From the IMG/VR virus record IMGVR_UViG_3300028370_000004, positions 1 through 64,000 of that record: DNA of 64,000 nucleotides; one strand, given 5' to 3'. The notes below the pieces were generated by a model that was not told the DNA's origin, made no database searches, and saw only the letters and a list, made by a program, of their open reading frames with translations. The stretch is from a virus. Lineage: Duplodnaviria; Caudoviricetes. Numbering within the stretch: the stretch's first letter is position 1; the number at the start of each line of letters is the position of its first letter. This document shows, in pieces, positions 29,569 to 38,379 of this stretch. Made by a program: the position numbers and the translations under genes.

Positions 29569-29895
29569 TTATATCATATTTCTTGGACACACAGATATTC
29601 GATGGAGTTGCAATATTCCATGGTGTTGACAGTGTACATCTTGGCACCATCTGGTTTGAAGAAAATACTCAGTGGGCTGTTGTCTTGGGAATTGACCGAA
29701 AACGACATCGTTTGTTGGACCATTTGGGACTATAGTAACACTAATATTAAATGCAAGTGCAGATGAATATACTCTTCTAACACTACCAAAGAATGTAATA
29801 TCAGAAACATCAAATTCTATATCATTAGAAAACAGTTCTAGATAAGCATAAAAATCTGTACCCTGATTCACATACAAATTTGATCTTGTATTTAT
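29569..29895 (-). pseudogene. Chimeric remnant: 5' half of a small virion adaptor gene fused to fragments of a propeller-repeat gene
   Basis: NTRSNLYVNQGTDF..VRRVYSS, then other frames read FSVNSQDNSPLSIFFKPDGAKMY and LSTPWNIAT. Confidence 0.55.
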
Positions 29896-30674
29896 ACGAA
29901 AATGGCATTTGCTTTTCTTTCAATATCTTCTTCGATGCAACTTTCACCATATTGAATTTCCACTATTCGCAGATCATTTTCAGTAGTATTAATCAATTGG
30001 TGCCAGTAAGTTTCAGGAATGCGAATTTCCTGATGTTTTGTTAGTGTTTTTGTTTCGAGTTTATTAACATCAGAACCAAATCTTATCGTAGCAATACCGC
30101 AAGAAACAATCCAATATTCGTTCCGGTATTTGTGTCTCTGTAGACTAAGACTGTGGTTTGGTTTGACTACTAGTTCCTTAACTTTGGTAGAAGGACCATC
30201 AGAATGTAAAACACGATAATAACCCCAATCTTTTTCTGTTTTTGGTGTCTTCCAGTCACTTAAAATTTTACTACTTGAGTTTATTTTGTCAAAACCACCA
30301 ACTGAAAACACCCACTGAACTCTTGGATTTGTAATTGCAAACATTTCTGGGATATTACTTGAAGTGCGGTCGCCGCCATTTGCAAATATGATAGTGTCGT
30401 TGGGGTACTTGTCTAAACAATACTGAATAGCATCTGCGGCACTACCGTCATCATCGTTAAAAAACATCGTCGAATTGATCATAGAGAGGTTGGATATCAT
30501 ATCCAACCTCTCTTTTATGTTCATGAAAGATTGGCCTTTCTTTCTGACAAGCCAATTGTCACTATTTAAACCAACTACAAGAATGTCGCCTAATTTTTTA
30601 GCCTCATTAAAATATGCTATGTGTCCACTGTGTAACGGGTCAAAGCCGCCAGTAACCAAAACTATTTTCGTTAT
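29892..30674 (-). CDS. Cytidylyltransferase-family nucleotidyltransferase + cupin (mannose-6-phosphate isomerase-like); probable ATA start
   Basis: KIVLVTGGFDPLHSGH; FANGGDR; WGYYRVL..SLSLQRHKYRNEYW..EEDIER. Confidence 0.88.
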   Translation of the reverse strand: MTKIVLVTGGFDPLHSGHIAYFNEAKKLGDILVVGLNSDNWLVRKKGQSFMNIKERLDMISNLSMINSTMFFNDDDGSAADAIQYCLDKYPNDTIIFANGGDRTSSNIPEMFAITNPRVQWVFSVGGFDKINSSSKILSDWKTPKTEKDWGYYRVLHSDGPSTKVKELVVKPNHSLSLQRHKYRNEYWIVSCGIATIRFGSDVNKLETKTLTKHQEIRIPETYWHQLINTTENDLRIVEIQYGESCIEEDIERKANAIFV

Positions 30675-30760
30675 GTAATCTCCCGCGAGCTTTTTGGTTG
30701 GTTTTCTAAAATACTATTATGGTGTATTTTCACAAATCTATTTGGCTGAAAGTTATTTTT

Positions 30761-31987
30761 TCAATAATCCAAGATGTCAAGTATGTGTTCGGTTGTTGGT
30801 GTTGTATATGTGTATGCAGAACCTGAACTACTTCCTGCGTCATCATCAAATCGTGCACCAACTACAATTCTACCCGAACCGACTGCCACAGACCATCCAA
30901 ATTGGTCGTTCGTTGCACTATCACTTGCTGTTATTTTTGCAATCTGGTTTCCATCAAGATCAAATATGTGTGCAGAACCTGATTGGGCTCCTGCACCATC
31001 ATTACTCCATGCACCAACTACAATTCCACCTGAACCGACTGCCACAGACCATCCAAATCGGCTGCCCGCTCCACCACGTGATGATATCTTTGCAATCTGA
31101 TTTCCATCAAGATCAAAAATGTATGCAGAACCTGAAACACTTCCTGCATCATCATCACCATATGCACCAACTACAATTCTACCTGAACCGACTGCCACAG
31201 AATATCCAAAAAAGTCATCCGCTGCACCATCCCTTGCTGTTATTTTTGCAATCTGGTTTCCATCAAGATCAAATATGTGTGCAGAACCTGATGATGGTCG
31301 TCGACCATCATCTAGCCATGCACCAACTACAATTCTACCTGAACCGACTGCCACAGACTGTCCAAATCGGCTGCCCGCTGCAACACGTGATGATATCTTT
31401 GCAATCTGGTTTCCATCAAGATCAAATATGTATGCAGAACCTGAATTGCTTCCTGCGTCATCATCAAATCGTGCACCAACTACAATTCTACCCGAACCGA
31501 CTGCCACAGACCATCCAAAATAGTCAAATGCTGCACCATCACTTGCTGTTATTTTTGCAATCTGGTTTCCATCAAGATCAAATATGTGTGCAGAGCCTGA
31601 TTGGCCTCCTGAATCATCATCGCCTGGTGCACCAACTACAATTCTGCCTGATCCGACTGCCATAGAATATCCAAATTCGTCACCCGCTGCAACACGTGAT
31701 GATATCTTTGCAATCTGGGTTCCATCAAGATCAAAAATGTATGCAGAACCTGAATTGCTTCCTGGGGCATCATCAAGTGGTGCACCAACTACAATTCTAC
31801 CTGAACCGACTGCCACAGAATATCCAAATTGGTCGTTCGCTGCACCATCACTTGCTGTTATTTTTGTTTCATTGGTGGGTACTGTTGTGTTATCATACCC
31901 CCCAACAAAATCATTATTTGCATTCATGAACATCAAATCTTCGTTTATGTGAGTTCCGCCCGTAGATTGTCCTATCTTGAAACTCAT
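30761..31987 (-). CDS. FG-GAP seven-bladed beta-propeller protein C
   Basis: 7 repeats FGxSVAVGSGRIVVGA..SGSAYIF; TAATG-coupled start at 31987. Confidence 0.9.
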   Translation of the reverse strand: MSFKIGQSTGGTHINEDLMFMNANNDFVGGYDNTTVPTNETKITASDGAANDQFGYSVAVGSGRIVVGAPLDDAPGSNSGSAYIFDLDGTQIAKISSRVAAGDEFGYSMAVGSGRIVVGAPGDDDSGGQSGSAHIFDLDGNQIAKITASDGAAFDYFGWSVAVGSGRIVVGARFDDDAGSNSGSAYIFDLDGNQIAKISSRVAAGSRFGQSVAVGSGRIVVGAWLDDGRRPSSGSAHIFDLDGNQIAKITARDGAADDFFGYSVAVGSGRIVVGAYGDDDAGSVSGSAYIFDLDGNQIAKISSRGGAGSRFGWSVAVGSGGIVVGAWSNDGAGAQSGSAHIFDLDGNQIAKITASDSATNDQFGWSVAVGSGRIVVGARFDDDAGSSSGSAYTYTTPTTEHILDILDY

Positions 31988-32577
31988 TACAATCTCACCA
32001 CATCGTCGATTAGGTGCCACGTCTGTTCATCTGTCAAAGAGATGTCTCCTAAAATGTCCTTGTTTTTTTGATATGTGCCTAACAACGCACCGTAAAAATG
32101 CTCATATACTTGAGTATTTTCAAGTACAAATGATACAAAAAGAGATATTGACACGCCTCTTGCTGCGCATATAGAAGATAGAAGTGGGGTGGGCGAAGTA
32201 TTATCGATATTATATGCAATTGCCTCTGATCTTTGCTGACTCCAAGACTCTCTTTCAAAATCGCTGTACTCTCCTGCAAGCTCCATGGATCTTTGTTTGA
32301 ATGTCTTTTCATTTTGTTCTGCTTTTTGTTTTTTAAGTGTAGTGATGGCTTTTAATTTTGCCTCATTTGTAGCAAATTTGTCTGTCGGCGTTTCGTACAA
32401 TACGAAGTAGTTGCCATCAACGATCTCCACACCACTCCACATTATTTTTTTGTCCCATGTGACAGTGGGTGCGTTAGTGGTTGATACTTCTACAATATCA
32501 TCGGACAAAATCTGACCTCGTATACTAACAGGAAACTCAATGACATTCCCACTCTCGTCTATCCGTGCGTATAACAT
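31987..32577 (-). CDS. Tail fibre assembly/chaperone-like protein
   Basis: YSDFERESWSQQRSEA..TPLLSSICAARG; lies between fibre/adhesin genes. Confidence 0.55.
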   Translation of the reverse strand: MLYARIDESGNVIEFPVSIRGQILSDDIVEVSTTNAPTVTWDKKIMWSGVEIVDGNYFVLYETPTDKFATNEAKLKAITTLKKQKAEQNEKTFKQRSMELAGEYSDFERESWSQQRSEAIAYNIDNTSPTPLLSSICAARGVSISLFVSFVLENTQVYEHFYGALLGTYQKNKDILGDISLTDEQTWHLIDDVVRL

Positions 32578-32592
32578 ATTAAACTCCCTGTT

Positions 32593-33807
32593 TCAATTTA
32601 TAATGCCTTCGATATATACATCGAAGGTTTCGTCTATTTTATATATGTATGCAGAACCTGATTGGCCTCCTGCGTCATCATCACCATATGCACCAACTAC
32701 AATTCTACCTGAACCGACTGCCACGGAATATCCAAAAAAGTCATCCGCTGCACCATCGCTTGCTGTTATCTTTGCAATCTGATTTCCATCAAGATCAAAT
32801 ATGTATGCAGAACCCGAATCACTTCCCGCGTCATCATCAAATCGTGCACCAACTACAATTCTACCTGAACCGACTGCCACAGACCATCCAAATCGGTCAA
32901 ATGCTGCACCATCACCTGCTGTTATCTTTGCAATCTGGTTTCCATCAAGATCAAAAATGTATGCAGAGCCTGAAGCACTTCCTGCATCATCATCACTCCG
33001 TGCACCAACTACAATTCTACCTGAACCGACTGCCACAGAATATCCAAATTCGTCACCCGCTGCACCATCACTTGCTGTTATCTTTGCAATCTGGGTTCCA
33101 TCAAGATCAAATATATATGCAGAACCTGAATCATCTCCTGCGTCATTGTTGCCCCATGCACCAACTACAATTCTGCCTGAACCGATTGCCACAGACCATC
33201 CAAATTGGTCACTTGTTGCACCATCGCTTGCCGTTATCTTTGCAATCTGATTTCCATCAAGATCAAAAATGTATGCAGAACCTGAAACACTTCCTGCATC
33301 ATCATCACCATATGCACCAACAACAATTCTACCTGAACCGACAGCAACAGAATATCCAAATTGGTCGTTCGCTGCACCATCACTTGCTGTTATTTTTGCA
33401 ATCTGGTTTCCATCAAGATCAAAAATGTATGCAGAACCTGAAGTGGATCCGTTATCATCATCACTCCATGCACCAACTACAATTCTACCTGACCCGACTG
33501 CCACAGAATATCCAAATCGGTCTCCTATTGCACCATCGCTTGCTGTTATCTTTGCAATCTGGTTTCCATCAAGATCAAATATATATGCAGAACCTGAATT
33601 GCTTCCTGCATCATCATCACTCCATGCACCAACTACAATTCTACCTGAACCGACTGCCACAGACTGTCCAAATTGGTCATCCGCTGCACCATCACTTGCT
33701 GTTATTTTTGTTTCTGTTGCAACAATGTTTGTTGTTATCTTGTTGAAAGACTCGTGTATAACCGAAGCGTAATCATCAATTACAACTGATGTTGTTTTAA
33801 ATGTCAT
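32593..33807 (-). CDS. FG-GAP seven-bladed beta-propeller protein B
   Basis: 7 FG-GAP repeats; TAATG-coupled start at 33807. Confidence 0.9.
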   Translation of the reverse strand: MTFKTTSVVIDDYASVIHESFNKITTNIVATETKITASDGAADDQFGQSVAVGSGRIVVGAWSDDDAGSNSGSAYIFDLDGNQIAKITASDGAIGDRFGYSVAVGSGRIVVGAWSDDDNGSTSGSAYIFDLDGNQIAKITASDGAANDQFGYSVAVGSGRIVVGAYGDDDAGSVSGSAYIFDLDGNQIAKITASDGATSDQFGWSVAIGSGRIVVGAWGNNDAGDDSGSAYIFDLDGTQIAKITASDGAAGDEFGYSVAVGSGRIVVGARSDDDAGSASGSAYIFDLDGNQIAKITAGDGAAFDRFGWSVAVGSGRIVVGARFDDDAGSDSGSAYIFDLDGNQIAKITASDGAADDFFGYSVAVGSGRIVVGAYGDDDAGGQSGSAYIYKIDETFDVYIEGIIN

Positions 33808-35048
33808 TATGTTCTGCTCCAATCTTGTACATCATACGGTGTTACAACAGGTGGTGTTGTATATGTGTATGCAGAACCCGAATCACTTCCCGCGTCATCA
33901 TCAAGTGGTGCACCAACTACAATTCTACCTGAACCGACTGCCACAGACTGTCCAAATCGGTCAAATGTTGCACCATCGCTTGCTGTTATTTTTGTGATTT
34001 GGGTTCCATCAAGATCAAATATGTATGCAGAACCTGAAGCACTTCCTGCGTCATCATCTAGCCATGCACCAACTACAATTCTACCTGAACCGACTGCCAC
34101 AGAATATCCAAATCGGCTGCCCGCTGCACCATCACTTGCAGTTATCTTTGCAATCTGATTTCCATCAAGATCAAAAATGTATGCAGAACCTGAAGCACTT
34201 CCTGCATCATCATCACCATATGCACCAACTACAATTCTACCTGAACCGACTGCCACAGAATATCCAAAAAAGTCGTTCGCTGCACCATCGCTTGCTGTTA
34301 TCTTTGCAATCTGGTTTCCATCAAGATCAAAAATGTATGCAGAGCCTGAAGCACTTCCTGCATCATCATCACCATATGCACCAACTACAATTCTACCTGA
34401 ACCGACTGCCACAGAATATCCAAAAAAGTCACCTGCTGCACCATCGCTTGCTGTTATCTTTGCAATCTGGTTTCCATCAAGATCAAATATATATGCAGAA
34501 CCTGAATTGCTTCCTGCATCATCATCACCATATGCACCAACTACAATTCTGCCTGAACCGACTGCCACAGAATATCCAAAAAAGTCACCTGCTGCACCAT
34601 CGCTTGCTGTTATCTTTGCAATCTGGTTTCCATCAAGATCAAATATATATGCAGAACCTGAATTGCTTCCTGCATCATCATCACTCCATGCACCAACTAC
34701 AATTCTGCCTGAACCGACTGCCACAGACCATCCAAAATAGTCAAATGCTGCACCATCACTTGCTGTTATTTTTGCAAGCTGGGTTCCATCAAGATCAAAT
34801 ATGTATGCAGAACCCGAATCACTTCCTAAATCATCATCAAGGCGTGCACCAACTACAATTCTACCTGAACCGACTGCCACAGACCATCCAAATCGGTCAC
34901 CTGCTGCACCATCACTTGCTGTTATTTTTGTTTCATTGGTGGGTACTGTCGTATTGTCGCCTGTGTTATACATAAATGGTATACCTCTTGGTGATGTGGC
35001 ATCTTTGGCAGATGTCACCGTACCGTCTTTGCTTGATTTAAACCCCAT
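33807..35048 (-). CDS. FG-GAP seven-bladed beta-propeller protein A
   Basis: 7 FG-GAP repeats. Confidence 0.9.
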   Translation of the reverse strand: MGFKSSKDGTVTSAKDATSPRGIPFMYNTGDNTTVPTNETKITASDGAAGDRFGWSVAVGSGRIVVGARLDDDLGSDSGSAYIFDLDGTQLAKITASDGAAFDYFGWSVAVGSGRIVVGAWSDDDAGSNSGSAYIFDLDGNQIAKITASDGAAGDFFGYSVAVGSGRIVVGAYGDDDAGSNSGSAYIFDLDGNQIAKITASDGAAGDFFGYSVAVGSGRIVVGAYGDDDAGSASGSAYIFDLDGNQIAKITASDGAANDFFGYSVAVGSGRIVVGAYGDDDAGSASGSAYIFDLDGNQIAKITASDGAAGSRFGYSVAVGSGRIVVGAWLDDDAGSASGSAYIFDLDGTQITKITASDGATFDRFGQSVAVGSGRIVVGAPLDDDAGSDSGSAYTYTTPPVVTPYDVQDWSRT

Positions 35049-38043
35049 TTTTAATATCTTCTATTTGTGCCTGTATGTCTTTTACAGCTTCGATTAGCAG
35101 TGCAACTATATTACCATATGCAACAGACTTCATCCCATTAAACTCATAAACTACTTCTGGCACGTGTTCTTCTGTCTTCTGTGCGATTAGTCCCATGTGG
35201 ACTCTGTCCGATTCGTCGGATATCATGGTGTAGTTTACACCTTCAAGCATTAGGACTTTTTCTAAAGAAGATTTCAATCTAGTTATGTTTGTCTTTTTTC
35301 TTTCGTCTGATAGAGAAGTCACGTCTCCCGAAACAGTCAAGTTCGCACCATCAAAAATGAGATTGGCTGATCCTTCTGCAGTGTTTGAAGAGTTTTTATA
35401 TATTACTTGGTTTGCTGAGCCTGCTACTGGGCCTGTGGAACCAGTTGTTCCTTGGGTTCCAGTTCCAGTTGTTCCCTGAATGCCTTGAATACCCTGTGCA
35501 CCTTGTGCACCCAGAGTACCATCTATGCCCTGAATGCCAGTAGTTCCCTGAATGCCTTGAATGCCTTGAATACCCTGTGCACCCAGAGTACCATCTATAC
35601 CTCGAATACCAGTAGTTCCTTGAATGCCTTGAATACCCTGTGCACCTTGTGCACCCAGAGTACCATCTATACCTCGAATACCAGTAGTTCCTTGAATGCC
35701 TTGAATACCCTGTGCACCTTGTGCACCCAGAGTACCATCTATACCTCGAATACCAGTAGTTCCTTGAATGCCTTGAATACCCTGTGCACCCAGAGTACCA
35801 TCTATACCTCGAATACCAGTAGTTCCTTGAATGCCTTGAATACCCTGTGCACCTTGTGCACCCAGAGTACCATCTATGCCCTGAATGCCAGTAGTTCCTT
35901 GAATACCAGTAGTTCCTCGAATACCTTGAATACCTTGTGCGCCCAAGGTTCCATCTATGCCCTGAATGCCAGTAGTTCCTTGAATACCAGTAGTTCCTCG
36001 AATACCCTGAATACCTTGTGCGCCCAAGGTTCCATCTATGCCCTGAATGCCAGTAGTTCCTTGAATACCTTGAATGCCAGTAGTTCCTTGAATACCTTGT
36101 GCGCCCAAGGTTCCATCTATGCCCTGAATGCCAGTAGTTCCTTGAATACCAGTAGTTCCTCGAATACCCTGAATACCTTGTGCGCCCAAGGTTCCATCTA
36201 TGCCCTGAATGCCAGTAGTTCCTTGAATACCTTGAATGCCAGTTGTTCCTTGAACGCCTTGTCTACCTTGAATACCAGTAGTTCCCTGAATGCCTTGAAT
36301 GCCAGTAGTTCCTTGAATACCTTGAATACCTTGAATACCCTGAATACCCGCTGTTCCTTGAATACCCTGGGACCCAACTGTTCCTTGAATGCCAGTAGTT
36401 CCTTGAATACCTTGAATACCTTGAATACCCTGAATACCCGCTGTTCCTTGAATACCTTGAATACCCTGAATACCCTGTGCGCCCAAAGTCCCATCTATAC
36501 CTTGAATACCTTGGGACCCATCTATGCCTTGAATGCCAGTAGTTCCTTGAATACCTTGGATGCCCGTTGTACCTTGAATACCTCGGGACCCAGTAAATCC
36601 GAGAGATCCAGTATAGCCAAGATTACCCTGTGATCCAGTATAGCCAAGATTGCCCTGTGACCCAGTAAATCCGCGAGATCCAGTATAGCCAAGATTACCC
36701 TGTGATCCAGTATAGCCAAGATTGCCCTGTGACCCAGTAAATCCGCGAGATCCAGTATAGCCGATTGGGCCACGTATTCCCTGAGATCCAGAAAACCCAG
36801 TGCCAACAGATCCAGTAAATCCAGTGTCACCTTTTATGCCTGCAACTCCGTCTAAGTTTACATCCCATGTACTATATGTGCCAGATCCAGTTATCGATGT
36901 AACATTAACTTCAAGATCTCCATTAACAGGATTGTAGCTAACTACTTCGCCTGTCATAAAGTTTATGCTGTCAAATGATATAATAACTGTTTGAGAGATA
37001 GAGTATGATAAATCTTCGTCAACAACTAAGTTTTTTGTACCTGTGCTAATAGTAAGTGTCGATGAACTAGTTGTTTTGTAGCGGTCGCTGCTACTACCAG
37101 TATCACCTTGTGGTCCTTGTGGACCACTAGTGGTTACCCATTGTTGACTTGTTCCATCATCATAATATATATTAAGAGTCGAGTCAGACGTATTAAACCA
37201 AACTTGTCCGTCTACTGCATTGCTTGGCTCTGTATCAGAGGTTTCGGCTCCAAGCAATGCAGTTGTTGACGTTAATATTTGCCATGTAGAACCATCAAAT
37301 ATAAACCTATTAATCTCTTCAGAAACTGATAATACATAGTCATTAGTCTGTCCTTCGATTGTATTCCCGTTGCGTATTACTGTAACATTATTAACCGCTA
37401 CATTGCCACCGTCGCCGATAATAACAACACTACCCGATACTGGTGCAGCCGGCAATGTAACATTAAATGATCCAGTAGTAGTACTATCAAGTAATAATGC
37501 ATCTCCGGAAATAGCAGTATAATTGCCAGTTATATATGTCCAGTTTGAATACTTTCCAGAATTAAATGTGTCAACATAGTTCTTGGTAGCAGCATCTTGC
37601 GGGCCAGTTGGCGGTAATACATTAATAATTCTTGAATTAGTTACAGAAACAACCCCAGTGCCGTTAGGGTTGAGTACAATATTTTCATCAATCTCTGATG
37701 TAATTGTAACACCACTAATATTTAAGTCGGCAACATTTATGCCGTTTTCAAACGTTGAAATGTCCTGAAATGTTTTAAGTCCATTAATAACTTGGTCACC
37801 TGATGTTCGAATAACAGTGCTATCAACGCTAATTGAATCATCGTTATTAACTTCTATGCCATTGTCAAAGTTTAACCATTTTCGTGTACCAGAAATATCT
37901 GATGCCGGAACACTATTTTCAACTGTGGGTACTCCTAAGTCTGGCTCGGCATTTTGTAGATCTATAAAATCATAACGGTCTGCAGAGGCATCTGCAGACG
38001 GAGTTTTTTTAACTTTATTACTTAAAAGTTTTAAATTACGCAT
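35038..38043 (-). CDS. Collagen-like tail fibre with C-terminal intramolecular chaperone (peptidase S74)
   Basis: Long Gly-X-Y run; SDERKKTNI..GLIAQ..PEVV..SVAYGNIVALLIEAVK. Confidence 0.9.
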   Translation of the reverse strand: MRNLKLLSNKVKKTPSADASADRYDFIDLQNAEPDLGVPTVENSVPASDISGTRKWLNFDNGIEVNNDDSISVDSTVIRTSGDQVINGLKTFQDISTFENGINVADLNISGVTITSEIDENIVLNPNGTGVVSVTNSRIINVLPPTGPQDAATKNYVDTFNSGKYSNWTYITGNYTAISGDALLLDSTTTGSFNVTLPAAPVSGSVVIIGDGGNVAVNNVTVIRNGNTIEGQTNDYVLSVSEEINRFIFDGSTWQILTSTTALLGAETSDTEPSNAVDGQVWFNTSDSTLNIYYDDGTSQQWVTTSGPQGPQGDTGSSSDRYKTTSSSTLTISTGTKNLVVDEDLSYSISQTVIISFDSINFMTGEVVSYNPVNGDLEVNVTSITGSGTYSTWDVNLDGVAGIKGDTGFTGSVGTGFSGSQGIRGPIGYTGSRGFTGSQGNLGYTGSQGNLGYTGSRGFTGSQGNLGYTGSQGNLGYTGSLGFTGSRGIQGTTGIQGIQGTTGIQGIDGSQGIQGIDGTLGAQGIQGIQGIQGTAGIQGIQGIQGIQGTTGIQGTVGSQGIQGTAGIQGIQGIQGIQGTTGIQGIQGTTGIQGRQGVQGTTGIQGIQGTTGIQGIDGTLGAQGIQGIRGTTGIQGTTGIQGIDGTLGAQGIQGTTGIQGIQGTTGIQGIDGTLGAQGIQGIRGTTGIQGTTGIQGIDGTLGAQGIQGIRGTTGIQGTTGIQGIDGTLGAQGAQGIQGIQGTTGIRGIDGTLGAQGIQGIQGTTGIRGIDGTLGAQGAQGIQGIQGTTGIRGIDGTLGAQGAQGIQGIQGTTGIRGIDGTLGAQGIQGIQGIQGTTGIQGIDGTLGAQGAQGIQGIQGTTGTGTQGTTGSTGPVAGSANQVIYKNSSNTAEGSANLIFDGANLTVSGDVTSLSDERKKTNITRLKSSLEKVLMLEGVNYTMISDESDRVHMGLIAQKTEEHVPEVVYEFNGMKSVAYGNIVALLIEAVKDIQAQIEDIKNGV
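35420..36840. repeat. Nested 9-bp-unit tandem repeats encoding about 150 Gly-X-Y triplets
   Basis: GIQ/GTT/GID/GTL/GAQ and GYTGSQGNL units; CCTTGAATA-type DNA repeats. Confidence 0.95.
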
Positions 38044-38374
38044 TAAGCGACTCCAGTACACTCAGTGTAATTTTAAATGCATTATCTGACGATGCATATA
38101 TTTTAATACTGTTGCCTTCCTCGATAATTAGTTTACCTGTAATTAAGCTAGTTGAATCGTTTCCAGGGATTGTAAATCCCTTTACTAATTCTGTATCTGT
38201 ATTAGTCGAACTGTTAAAATGTGTAAAAGTTATTTCAGCACTTGACGTAGTTATGTTAGCAACTTGTGCCATTAGAACAATTCCGGTGTTTCCTAGTGGT
38301 GAACTATATATTATTTCGTTAGCAGTTGTTACGTCTGCTGTTATAGTTCTAAATACGTTAATAGGTGATGCCAT
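38036..38374 (-). CDS. Small beta-rich virion protein
   Basis: 112 aa; similar pattern to 43388..43750. Confidence 0.7.
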   Translation of the reverse strand: MASPINVFRTITADVTTANEIIYSSPLGNTGIVLMAQVANITTSSAEITFTHFNSSTNTDTELVKGFTIPGNDSTSLITGKLIIEEGNSIKIYASSDNAFKITLSVLESLNA

Positions 38375-38379
38375 TATTA

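Larger units (their letters stand above)
30810..34930. repeat. 21 near-identical ~156-bp coding repeats in three blocks of seven
   Basis: Constant blocks such as GCACCAACTACAATTCTACCTGAACCGACTGCCACAGA and TTCCATCAAGATCAAA recur every 153-156 bp. Confidence 0.95.

Noticed and set aside
30810-34930. CRISPR array
   Set aside because: The period is about 156 bp, the repeats stay in frame and encode FG-GAP blades, the variable parts are not unique spacers, and there are no cas genes.
30761-35048. Diversity-generating retroelement or invertase shufflon
   Set aside because: No reverse transcriptase or recombinase in the window, the differences are not adenine-specific, and all repeats are direct.
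30694-36830. Long plus-strand and alternative-frame ORFs (His/Gln-rich, MYAEPE.., SSSLNALN..)
   Set aside because: Shadow ORFs produced by the repetitive coding sequence on the other strand or frame.
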